Assembly (NCBI GenBank): GCA_033345155.1
Contig: JAWPOG010000045.1
Coordinates: 5,795-69,794 of the forward strand
Origin: Alphaproteobacteria bacterium
GTDB taxonomy: Bacteria; Pseudomonadota; Alphaproteobacteria; Rs-D84
Direction: 5' to 3'
Length of the DNA stretch: 64,000 nucleotides
In this document: positions 8,884 to 16,439 of the stretch, piece by piece
Layout: the number at the start of each line of letters is the position of its first letter
How positions within the stretch are numbered: the first letter of the stretch is position 1
Notes under the pieces: generated by a model
Seen by the model: only the letters and a program-made list of their open reading frames with translations
Told to the model about the DNA's origin: nothing
Databases searched by the model: none
Position numbers and translations under genes: made by a program

Positions 8884-8912
8884 ATTATATCAGGAAAATA
8901 TACAAATGTAAA
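8884..8912 (-). promoter_or_regulatory. Sigma70 promoter for the cargo operon
   Basis: TTTACA-N17-TATAAT on the minus strand. Confidence 0.75.
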
Positions 8913-8934
8913 ATTTTGTGTGTTGAATAAAAAC

Positions 8935-8967
8935 TTTGTCATTCCCGCGCAGGCGGGAACAGGGTCT
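8935..8967 (+). repeat. Internal copy of the palindromic repeat upstream of the GIY-YIG gene
   Basis: TTTGTCATTCCCGCGCAGGCGGGAACAGGGTCT, one mismatch to the 7176 copy. Confidence 0.92.
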
Positions 8968-9001
8968 TGAAAAAATTTGTGTGCCCTTGTACAATTTTGA
9001 T

Positions 9002-9331
9002 ATGAAAGATTATCACTTCTGGGTTTATATATTGTTTGATGAACGCGCCAAGGGAACTTATATTGGTGTGACGAATAATCTTGAACGGCGTATGTATGAA
9101 CACAAAATGGGATTAGATGACGGTTATACCAAAGAACATAATATTCATAAATTAGGATATTTTGAATACTACAAATATGTTAATAATGCGATTGCGCGTG
9201 AAAAACAATTAAAGAAATGGAAACGGGCATGGAAATATCGATTGATTGAAACAATGAATCCAAATTGGATTGATTTGGCCGACGATTTAGAGAAAAACAT
9301 AGAGTTTTGGAAAAACAAAGAAACTGTTTAG
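9002..9331 (+). CDS. Small GIY-YIG nuclease (YhbQ/UPF0213-like)
   Basis: WVYIL..TYIGVTNNLERRMYEHK..AIAREKQLKKWKRAWK..NPNWIDL; TTGAAA-N17-TACAAT promoter just before the ATG; stop codon lies inside the downstream repeat. Confidence 0.92.
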   Translation: MKDYHFWVYILFDERAKGTYIGVTNNLERRMYEHKMGLDDGYTKEHNIHKLGYFEYYKYVNNAIAREKQLKKWKRAWKYRLIETMNPNWIDLADDLEKNIEFWKNKETV

Positions 9332-9406
9332 ACCCTATTCCCGCCTGCGCGGGAATGACAAAGGGTATTATGCGTAAACAAACAAAAAACGCGCGGGAAT
9401 GACAAA
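9328..9406 (-). repeat. Inverted palindromic repeats: full copy 9328-9362 and half copy ~9390-9406
   Basis: 9328-9362 is the exact reverse complement of 7176-7210; CGCGGGAATGACAAAA mirrors 7132-7147. Confidence 0.92.
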
Positions 9407-9488
9407 ATTCAAGGAATCCAAGAATGGCAATTTATATAAAAAAACTACTGGAAATTATTCTGGGAATACATTATAGTCCTTTTCGCAC

Positions 9489-9564
9489 GCCGGTGTAGCT
9501 CAGCTGGTAGAGCATCTCATTCGTAATGAGGGGGTCGTAGGTTCAAGTCCTATCACCGGCACCA
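9489..9564 (+). tRNA. tRNA-Thr (CGT)
   Basis: GCCGGTG/CACCGGC acceptor stem, TAGCTCAGCTGGTAGAGC D-arm, TTCGTAA anticodon loop, GGTTCAAGTCC T-arm, encoded CCA. Confidence 0.97.
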
Positions 9565-9720
9565 GATAACAATCCCGCCCGCGGGATTTTTTTTGTAAAT
9601 TTGCAAAGTGTTCAAGAAAATTTAATCGGATTGATGATTTTGATTATCAGATAATTTTCTGTTTTACTTTTTAATAATAATTGCTATAGTACACACATAC
9701 CAAAATCAAAGGATGGAAAA

Positions 9721-10389
9721 ATGGCTAAAAAAACTTCAGAAACCGTAGTTGTAAAAAACTATAAAAAAACCGGTATTATTGCGGCCCTTGTCGTTGTTGT
9801 TGCGGCTTTGGGTATTTGGGGTATCAGCGCACTTAAATCAGATTCACACACATCTTCTGTTGAGGACGCACTTGAGGTTGTGACCGAAGAAGCGGTCAGC
9901 GGCGCCGATATGCGAATCGCGGTTGTTCGTATGGATGCAATCCAGGGCGGTGCGGTTGCATTAAAAGATTTGCGTGCACAAAAAGAAAAATATGAAAATC
10001 AATTGCGTGATGAATTGACCAAAGAACAAAAAGAACTGGAAAAAGAAAAAACAGAAATCGAAAAATCTCAGGATGTTCTGTCCCGCGAAGCATTGCAGCG
10101 TCGCATTGTTGACTATCAAAACAGGGTCACAAAACTGCAACAGGAATTGACAGAACGTGCCCAGTCTGTTGAAAAGGCATATCAGCAGGCCTTGAATGAA
10201 ATCCAAGTTGAACATTTGGATCCATTAATCGAAGGCATTATCGCAAAAAAGAAATTGTCTTTGGTTGTCGATGGTCGTATGGCACGCACAGGTGCAGATA
10301 TTTCGAACCTGGACATCACAGAAGAGGTTATCAGAGCATTGGATAAAAAAGTATCCAAGATTGATATGGAAACACCAAAAGGTTTCTAA
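9721..10389 (+). CDS. skp: OmpH/Skp family periplasmic chaperone
   Basis: N-terminal TM segment, IAVVRM, long coiled coil, LDITEEVIRALD C-terminus. Confidence 0.8.
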   Translation: MAKKTSETVVVKNYKKTGIIAALVVVVAALGIWGISALKSDSHTSSVEDALEVVTEEAVSGADMRIAVVRMDAIQGGAVALKDLRAQKEKYENQLRDELTKEQKELEKEKTEIEKSQDVLSREALQRRIVDYQNRVTKLQQELTERAQSVEKAYQQALNEIQVEHLDPLIEGIIAKKKLSLVVDGRMARTGADISNLDITEEVIRALDKKVSKIDMETPKGF

Positions 10390-10403
10390 AAGATTTAGCA
10401 ATA

Positions 10404-10433
10404 AAAAAGTCCCGCCATTGGCGGGATTTTTTT
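10404..10433 (+). terminator. Intrinsic terminator
   Basis: GTCCCGCC-ATT-GGCGGGAT followed by a T-tract. Confidence 0.8.
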
Positions 10434-10478
10434 ATATTGACTTGCTTTTTAGAAAAATCCATTGTAACCTGTATATTG

Positions 10479-10511
10479 ATGAAACAAACAACAATAATTA
10501 TTATTAAATAA
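10479..10511 (+). CDS. Putative ileS leader peptide MKQTTIIIIK
   Basis: ATG AAA CAA ACA ACA ATA ATT ATT ATT AAA TAA: four consecutive Ile codons upstream of ileS. Confidence 0.8.
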   Translation: MKQTTIIIIK

Positions 10512-10561
10512 GGCTACACTGCGCTTCGCACGGTGGCTGGGGCGCATGGGCGCCTTTTTTT
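10512..10561 (+). promoter_or_regulatory. Attenuator (alternative hairpins and terminator) upstream of ileS
   Basis: GGCGC-ATGG-GCGCC-T7 terminator; upstream GCGCTTC can pair with GGGGCGC as antiterminator. Confidence 0.75.
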
Positions 10562-10583
10562 AATACAAAACACAGGAAAAAAC

Positions 10584-13500
10584 ATGACATATAAAAAGAC
10601 CGATGCACGCCCAGATTTTACCGCGCTGGAACAGCAAATGTTGTCAAAATGGGCAAATGAAAACACATTTCATAAATCGTTGGAAAATACTAAATCTGGT
10701 CGTCCATTTTCATTTTATGACGGTCCTCCGTTTGCGAATGGTACACCGCATTGGGGGCATTTGGGTGTATCGGTCGTCAAAGACATGATTGCGCGTTTCC
10801 AGACGATGAATGGACGCTTTGTTCAGCGTGAACTGGGGTGGGATTGTCATGGGCTGCCTGCGGAAAATTCTGTAGAAAAGAAACAGGGCAGGGCAGCCAA
10901 AGATATCGTTGCCAGCGATGGTATTTCGGCATTTTGCGATATGTGTCGCACAGATGTTATGACCTATGCGAACGAGTGGAATCGTTTCATCACTCGCATG
11001 GGGCGCTGGGTTGATATTGGCGATGGATATGGATATAAGACCATGGATAAAAATTATATGGAATCCATGCTGTGGACATTAAAAGAATTGTATAATCGTG
11101 GATTGTTATACAAAGATTACAGTGTAAATCCATTTGACTGGGTCAATGGTACGGTTGTATCGAATTCCGAAGCATCTCAGGACTATCGTGAAATTATTGA
11201 TGATGCGGTGACGGTTTGGTTTGAATTAGAAAATGGCGACCGTGTGATTGCTTGGACAACAACACCATGGACCTTGCCTGCAAATTCTGCGTTGGCGGTA
11301 AATCCAAATATGACATATTTGCGCATGCAGGATGCCGATGGCGCGGTTTATGTTATTGCGCAAAGCCGTCTAAAAGACTATGAAAAACAGTTTGCCAAAG
11401 CAATAGAAATCGGTCATGTATCAGGCGCAGACCTGGCGGGTATGCACTATACTCCACTGTTCCCATATTATGCGGGGGCGTCTGAATTATTATTCCGGAT
11501 TATTCCAGCAGACTATGTATCGGACAGCGACGGTACGGGCATTGTGCATATTGCACCGGCTTATGGCGCAGACGATTTTTGGGCGGCAAAAAATATCGAC
11601 CCAAAATTCCCAGTATTGTTAAATGTTGACAGTTATGGAAATTTTGATGAAACAGTCACAGATTTTGCAGGACAAAATATCTTTGAAGCAACACCTGCGA
11701 TAATGGATTGGTTAAAAACAAACGGTAAATTGGTTAAAAAAGAACAATACAAACATTCGTATCCATTTGGCGATCGCAGCAAAGAAAAATTGATTTATCG
11801 GGCAACCGATTCTTGGTATATCGATGTGCCGAAAATCAAAGATAAATTGTTGGCAAATAATGCAAAGGTAAATTGGACCAGTGCTGGCGAAAGATTCCGC
11901 AGTTGGATTGAAAACGCGCGTCCTTGGTCAATTTCCAGAAATCGTTTCTGGGGCATGCCGTTACCAATCTGGGAACGCGACGGCGAATACAAAGTATTTG
12001 GCTCAATTGCAGAATTGGAAGAATTCTTTGGCGTTGAAATAAACGACCTGCATCGTCCAACATTGGACAAATTGACCAAAGACGGTTGGACGCGTATTCC
12101 AGATGTCTTGGATTGCTGGGTCGAAAGTGGTTCTATGCCATGGGCATCCCTGCATTACCCATTTGAAAATGTTGAACGATTCAATGCAACATTTCCAGCT
12201 GACTATATTATCGAAGGTCAGGATCAAACGCGCGGTTGGTTCTATGCATTGATGGTGTTGGCGACTGCTTTGTTTGACAAGCCAGCTTTTATGGCAGTAT
12301 CAGCAAACGGTATGGTTGTGGACGAACACAAGAAAAAGTTTTCCAAATCACTGCGCAACTTTGTTGATCCGTCGGCACAAATCGAATTGTATGGCGCAGA
12401 TGCTGTGCGCTTGTATATTTTGGGCTCTAATTTTATGAAGGCTGAACCGGTCCCCGTTGACAAAGAAGGCAAGGTCTTTGCTGAATCAACAAAAACAATC
12501 CAGACACCATTGTGGAACGCATATCACTTTTTTACATTGTATGCGAACGCCGGCAATATTACTGCGTATGAAATGACGAATCCGACCAATCCGTTGGATA
12601 AATATATCTTGGCGGAATTGAATATGTTGACCGACATTGTGCGCGCAGCATTGACCGAATATAAACCGGATGTCGCCGTCAAAGAATTTGTACGATTCCT
12701 GGATATTTTGAACAATTGGTACATTCGTCGTGGTCGCGCCCGTTTCTGGGACGAAGAACAGGCTGCGTTTGACACATTATACACAGTGCTGACGCGTTTC
12801 TGTCGCGTATTGGCACCGTTTGCGCCGTTTATATCTGAATATATCTATACGAATCTGACGGGTGCAGAATCTGTGCATCTTACTTCGTTCCCAGAAACGG
12901 TTGCCACCGACACAAAAATTGTGGACGATATGCGTCGTGTACAAATGATTGTGTCAACAGGCAAGCAATTGCGTGAACAGTATAAATTGCGCAACCGTCT
13001 GCCGCTGAATTCTTTGATGGTTGCTGGTGTAAATATGCCCGAATACGCCGATATTATCCAGGACGAATTGAACGTCAAATCGGTTGTGTTCCGTGAAACA
13101 TTTGATGATGTGGCGGATTCTTTTGTGTACCTGATTACGCCAAAAATTGGCGCGCGTCTGGGTGGCGCATTACGGGAAATTATTCCTGCGGTAAAACGTG
13201 GCGATTATGAATTGGTGGGCGATAAATTATTGACTGCTGGCCATGAATTAAACGCGGACGAATTTGAAATGCGCCTGAATATGCGTGACGGTGTGACGGG
13301 CGCGGCGTTGCCAGATAACACCGCGGTTGTCGTTCTGGATACAGATGTTAATTCAGAATTAATTGCCGAAGGATTGGCAAATGATGCCCTGCGCTTTATC
13401 CAGGATACACGCAAGGCAGCAAACTTGGATGTGTCAGACCGCATTGTTTTGACATATTCGGCGGACCCGGCCCTGGCAAACGCGCTGGAAACCCATAAAA

Positions 13501-13607
13501 AGCGCATCATGCACGAAGCGTTGATTGTCAAAATGGTTGCGGGCGACGGCGAGTACGAAACCGAAATCGAGGGCTATAACCTGGCGATTTCTGTAAAACG
13601 GGCATAA
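10584..13607 (+). CDS. ileS: Isoleucine--tRNA ligase, class II (archaeal/eukaryote-like) type
   Basis: FYDGPPFANG.PHWGH, GWDCHGLP, WTTTPWTLP, WSISRNRFWG, EGQDQTRGWF, KFSKS; no C-terminal zinc finger. Confidence 0.97.
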   Translation: MTYKKTDARPDFTALEQQMLSKWANENTFHKSLENTKSGRPFSFYDGPPFANGTPHWGHLGVSVVKDMIARFQTMNGRFVQRELGWDCHGLPAENSVEKKQGRAAKDIVASDGISAFCDMCRTDVMTYANEWNRFITRMGRWVDIGDGYGYKTMDKNYMESMLWTLKELYNRGLLYKDYSVNPFDWVNGTVVSNSEASQDYREIIDDAVTVWFELENGDRVIAWTTTPWTLPANSALAVNPNMTYLRMQDADGAVYVIAQSRLKDYEKQFAKAIEIGHVSGADLAGMHYTPLFPYYAGASELLFRIIPADYVSDSDGTGIVHIAPAYGADDFWAAKNIDPKFPVLLNVDSYGNFDETVTDFAGQNIFEATPAIMDWLKTNGKLVKKEQYKHSYPFGDRSKEKLIYRATDSWYIDVPKIKDKLLANNAKVNWTSAGERFRSWIENARPWSISRNRFWGMPLPIWERDGEYKVFGSIAELEEFFGVEINDLHRPTLDKLTKDGWTRIPDVLDCWVESGSMPWASLHYPFENVERFNATFPADYIIEGQDQTRGWFYALMVLATALFDKPAFMAVSANGMVVDEHKKKFSKSLRNFVDPSAQIELYGADAVRLYILGSNFMKAEPVPVDKEGKVFAESTKTIQTPLWNAYHFFTLYANAGNITAYEMTNPTNPLDKYILAELNMLTDIVRAALTEYKPDVAVKEFVRFLDILNNWYIRRGRARFWDEEQAAFDTLYTVLTRFCRVLAPFAPFISEYIYTNLTGAESVHLTSFPETVATDTKIVDDMRRVQMIVSTGKQLREQYKLRNRLPLNSLMVAGVNMPEYADIIQDELNVKSVVFRETFDDVADSFVYLITPKIGARLGGALREIIPAVKRGDYELVGDKLLTAGHELNADEFEMRLNMRDGVTGAALPDNTAVVVLDTDVNSELIAEGLANDALRFIQDTRKAANLDVSDRIVLTYSADPALANALETHKKRIMHEALIVKMVAGDGEYETEIEGYNLAISVKRA

Positions 13608-13608
13608 T

Positions 13609-14253
13609 ATGTTAACACCGCAAAGATATTTTGAATTGGTTCCCCCGACCATTGACATGACAATTCGGTCGGAACTGTATCATACAAATGAATTTAACTT
13701 TGCGGTGGCGGTGATTCTGTCTGCCCAGGCAACAGATAAAAAAGTAAACGAGGTTACGCCCGCTTTGTTTGCGGTTGCACCAACACCACAGAAAATGTTA
13801 GACCTGGGGGTTGATGGATTAAAAAATCATATCAAAGTGATTTCGTTCTTTAATAACAAGGCAAAAAATATCATCGCGTTGGCCGAACGTTTGGTTGCCG
13901 AAAATATGACAGATACATTTCCAGATAAATATCACAATCGTGATGAATTAATGCGCCTGCCCGGCATTGGACAAAAGACCGCAAATGTTATCTGTAATGT
14001 TTTGTGGCATGCGCCAAATATCGGTGTTGATACACATGTATTCCGTAATGCACACCGATATGGCTGGGTCGATGACGCGGACAATACGCCCGAAAAAGTA
14101 GAAACAAAATTACTGAAAAAAATTCCAAAAAAATATCACCCAATTGTAAATCATGTAATGGTTTTGCACGGTCGCTATGTGTGCAAAGCGCTGAGGCCTG
14201 AATGCAACAAGTGTCCAGTTGCCAGATGGTGTACATATGCCGCCAAAAAATAA
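13609..14253 (+). CDS. nth: Endonuclease III
   Basis: LSAQATDKKVN, LPGIGQKTAN HhH motif, VDTHVFR, C-x6-C-x2-C-x5-C Fe-S motif. Confidence 0.95.
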   Translation: MLTPQRYFELVPPTIDMTIRSELYHTNEFNFAVAVILSAQATDKKVNEVTPALFAVAPTPQKMLDLGVDGLKNHIKVISFFNNKAKNIIALAERLVAENMTDTFPDKYHNRDELMRLPGIGQKTANVICNVLWHAPNIGVDTHVFRNAHRYGWVDDADNTPEKVETKLLKKIPKKYHPIVNHVMVLHGRYVCKALRPECNKCPVARWCTYAAKK

Positions 14254-14283
14254 TTTACAATAACAATAAAAGGTTAAAAAATA

Positions 14284-14739
14284 ATGACAAAGGAACAAAT
14301 AAAGAATTTTTTTATTAATGATGCTTGCAGCAGATGTAATCTAAGCGAGAAAGATATTTCGCAACAGGAAAACGTCCCCGGTTTTTTCAGAAATGTTATA
14401 GAGGTAGATTCATTAGATATTGTTGAAATATCTTTCTTACTATCATCAGAAATGAAAATTGACATATCAGACGAAGACGTTGATACAATTGCTAATTATT
14501 CACTAAAACAGATTGTTGATTTTATTCATGGTAAATATATTATTGGTAATTCTTCACCCTCGATTACGCCAAATTGTAATAACAGATTTTCTGGCTATCG
14601 TATTGAAAAAAGCGGTTCCCCTTATTGCAAAGTGTTAAAGGAAGCATGCAAACAGCCCGAGCGTTCAAACCACACAATTGAACCGTATTGCTATGTTATC
14701 GGCTGTCCTTTGTATAAATACCTTCAAAAGTCCCGCTAA
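14284..14739 (+). CDS. Acyl-carrier-protein-like domain fused to a Cys-rich tail
   Basis: VDSLDIVEI..IDISDED phosphopantetheine-site-like motif; five Cys in the C-terminal half; AAGG RBS. Confidence 0.65.
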   Translation: MTKEQIKNFFINDACSRCNLSEKDISQQENVPGFFRNVIEVDSLDIVEISFLLSSEMKIDISDEDVDTIANYSLKQIVDFIHGKYIIGNSSPSITPNCNNRFSGYRIEKSGSPYCKVLKEACKQPERSNHTIEPYCYVIGCPLYKYLQKSR

Positions 14740-14747
14740 AAAGATTT

Positions 14748-15188
14748 TTAATCTGTGGCTTTTTGCAACACTGCGGAAAATGTGGATTCTGCGACTTTTT
14801 TACCACCGACCAACGCAATTCCATGAAATTTGTACAAACTCATCTTAGAAGTTAACAGTTCCACATGCAGTTCCAGTTTATCACCAGGGCGCACCATATG
14901 CGAAAATCTAATTTTTTCCATTGTTGTAAAGTACCCCAGTGTACCTTGCCGTTCGTGTTCTGATAATCTGCTGAATGCAACAAAGCACGCGGTTTGGGCC
15001 AATGCCTCGACCTGTAAAACACCCGGCATAATTGGATTGCCTGGAAAATGCCCATCGCACCAAAATTCATCGTCTCGCACATATTTTACACCGACTGCGC
15101 TGGTATCGTTAAATTCACGAATCTCGTCAATCAGTCGCATATTACCCCGATGTGGAATAATCTTTTCGATTTCTTTTGCGTCTATCAT
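14748..15188 (-). CDS. fabZ: 3-hydroxyacyl-ACP dehydratase
   Basis: IPHR, GHFPGNPIMPGVLQVEALAQ, VRPGD. Confidence 0.95.
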   Translation of the reverse strand: MIDAKEIEKIIPHRGNMRLIDEIREFNDTSAVGVKYVRDDEFWCDGHFPGNPIMPGVLQVEALAQTACFVAFSRLSEHERQGTLGYFTTMEKIRFSHMVRPGDKLELHVELLTSKMSLYKFHGIALVGGKKVAESTFSAVLQKATD

Positions 15189-15210
15189 AATCCTGCCTTT
15201 TGGTTGTGTC

Positions 15211-16254
15211 TCAGTTTTTCATTTGCTTTTTTAACCACGCATAATGACGCATAAATTCTGTGCCAGGGCCCGCTGGATACCCCATATGTGATTCGCCGTC
15301 CGGAATATTGCGGAAAACGCCACTGTTTGCGCCAACGGACGCGTCGTTCCCAATTTTCACGCCGTTTGCGACCCCAACGTGTCCGCCCAGCAAAGCGCGG
15401 TCACCCACAACAACACCGCCTGCAATACCAACACCACTGGCCAAGAAACATTCGTCACCAATAACAACCCCATGTGCAATCTGGCACAGATTGTCAATTT
15501 TTGTGCCATTACCAATGCGGGTATCTGTCATCGCCCCCCGGTCTATGCATGTATTTGCACCAATTGACACGCGTTCACCGATTACCACGCGTCCAACATG
15601 TGGTATAAATATGTTTTTGTTTCCCTGACGGGTGTATCCAAACCCGTCTTTGCCAATAACTGCATTTGCGTTTATCACGCAATTTGCGCCAATTGTTGCG
15701 TTTTCGATATGTGCGCCACTTTGAACAATTGTTCCGCGCCCCAAAACAACATTTCGTCCGATAAATGCCCCAGGGTAAATTTTTACATCTGGTTCAATTA
15801 CCGCGCCCCGTTCAATTGTTACAAACTGACCAACATAGGTTGTTCTTTTTTTACGAAAGAATACCCCACGTTCAATAAAGGCGTGTTTACTGATGCCAAA
15901 TCGTGGTTTTTCCCGATAGATTTCGCCCAAAATTTTCACAATATTTCCGCGTGGGCTGTCTGTGACCAACAAGGTTGTGCCCTTGGGTGCATGCTTTGCC
16001 AATTCTGGCTGAACCAGAATCACGGTTGCACGTGTATTTTCCAATACAGATATCGGCAAAATTTTGAACGCATTACTGTTTTGTTCAGTCGAATAGAACG
16101 CCAGTTGTCCCGCCCGCGCATCGGCAATTGGTGCAACCCCACGCACAGGTTCATTCGCATTTCCACGCAGTTCCAAACCAAATTTGGCCGCCAACGCACC
16201 GGCTGTTGTTTTACTTGCCGCCGGCATAAACAAAGATCTAATTGCTTTCATCAT
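15211..16254 (-). CDS. lpxD: UDP-3-O-acyl-glucosamine N-acyltransferase
   Basis: Hexapeptide repeats, [31 protein letters not shown]; upstream of fabZ. Confidence 0.93.
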   Translation of the reverse strand: MMKAIRSLFMPAASKTTAGALAAKFGLELRGNANEPVRGVAPIADARAGQLAFYSTEQNSNAFKILPISVLENTRATVILVQPELAKHAPKGTTLLVTDSPRGNIVKILGEIYREKPRFGISKHAFIERGVFFRKKRTTYVGQFVTIERGAVIEPDVKIYPGAFIGRNVVLGRGTIVQSGAHIENATIGANCVINANAVIGKDGFGYTRQGNKNIFIPHVGRVVIGERVSIGANTCIDRGAMTDTRIGNGTKIDNLCQIAHGVVIGDECFLASGVGIAGGVVVGDRALLGGHVGVANGVKIGNDASVGANSGVFRNIPDGESHMGYPAGPGTEFMRHYAWLKKQMKN

Positions 16255-16372
16255 AGTGCTTCGATTATAGATAAAAAAAATTCCACATTCCACATTTTTA
16301 TAAAAGTTTATATTTTTACTTGCGTTTTAATAATTACCCTATATAATGTATATTGTTCTTAAATAATAATTT

Positions 16373-16402
16373 AAGGGCGGGGTCGAAAGAAACCCCGCCC
16401 TT
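16373..16402 (+). promoter_or_regulatory. rimP-leader-like hairpin/attenuator in the nusA 5' UTR
   Basis: AAGGGCGGGGT/ACCCCGCCCTT stem with weak T-tail between a TATAAT promoter and the nusA RBS. Confidence 0.55.
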
Positions 16403-16439
16403 TAACTAAGACATCTAATAACGCAAAGGAGTGTATCAA

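Larger units (their letters stand above)
7131..9406. mobile_element. Repeat-bounded accessory cassette with GIY-YIG nuclease and three cargo genes
   Basis: Mirror-symmetric ends (half repeat plus full 35-bp repeat on each side), AT-rich content, located between mnmG and tRNA-Thr. Confidence 0.65.

Noticed and set aside
8561-8930. Short plus-strand ORFs of 75 and 70 aa
   Set aside because: They lie antisense to the structured leader and its promoter, with no RBS or homology cues.
8936-9001. N-terminal extension MSFPRRREQG of the GIY-YIG ORF
   Set aside because: It is the translated palindromic repeat; the promoter position supports the ATG at 9002.
9489-9564. tRNA-Thr as attB of an integrase-driven island
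   Set aside because: No duplicated tRNA end and no integrase seen; the accessory cassette lies 5' of the tRNA and is bounded by palindromic repeats instead.
15598-16362. 254-aa plus-strand ORF
   Set aside because: Antisense shadow of lpxD.
16338-16364. dif-like site (ATAATGTATATT...TTAAAT)
   Set aside because: The XerD arm does not match TTATGTTAAAT in sequence or spacing; better explained as the nusA -10 region.
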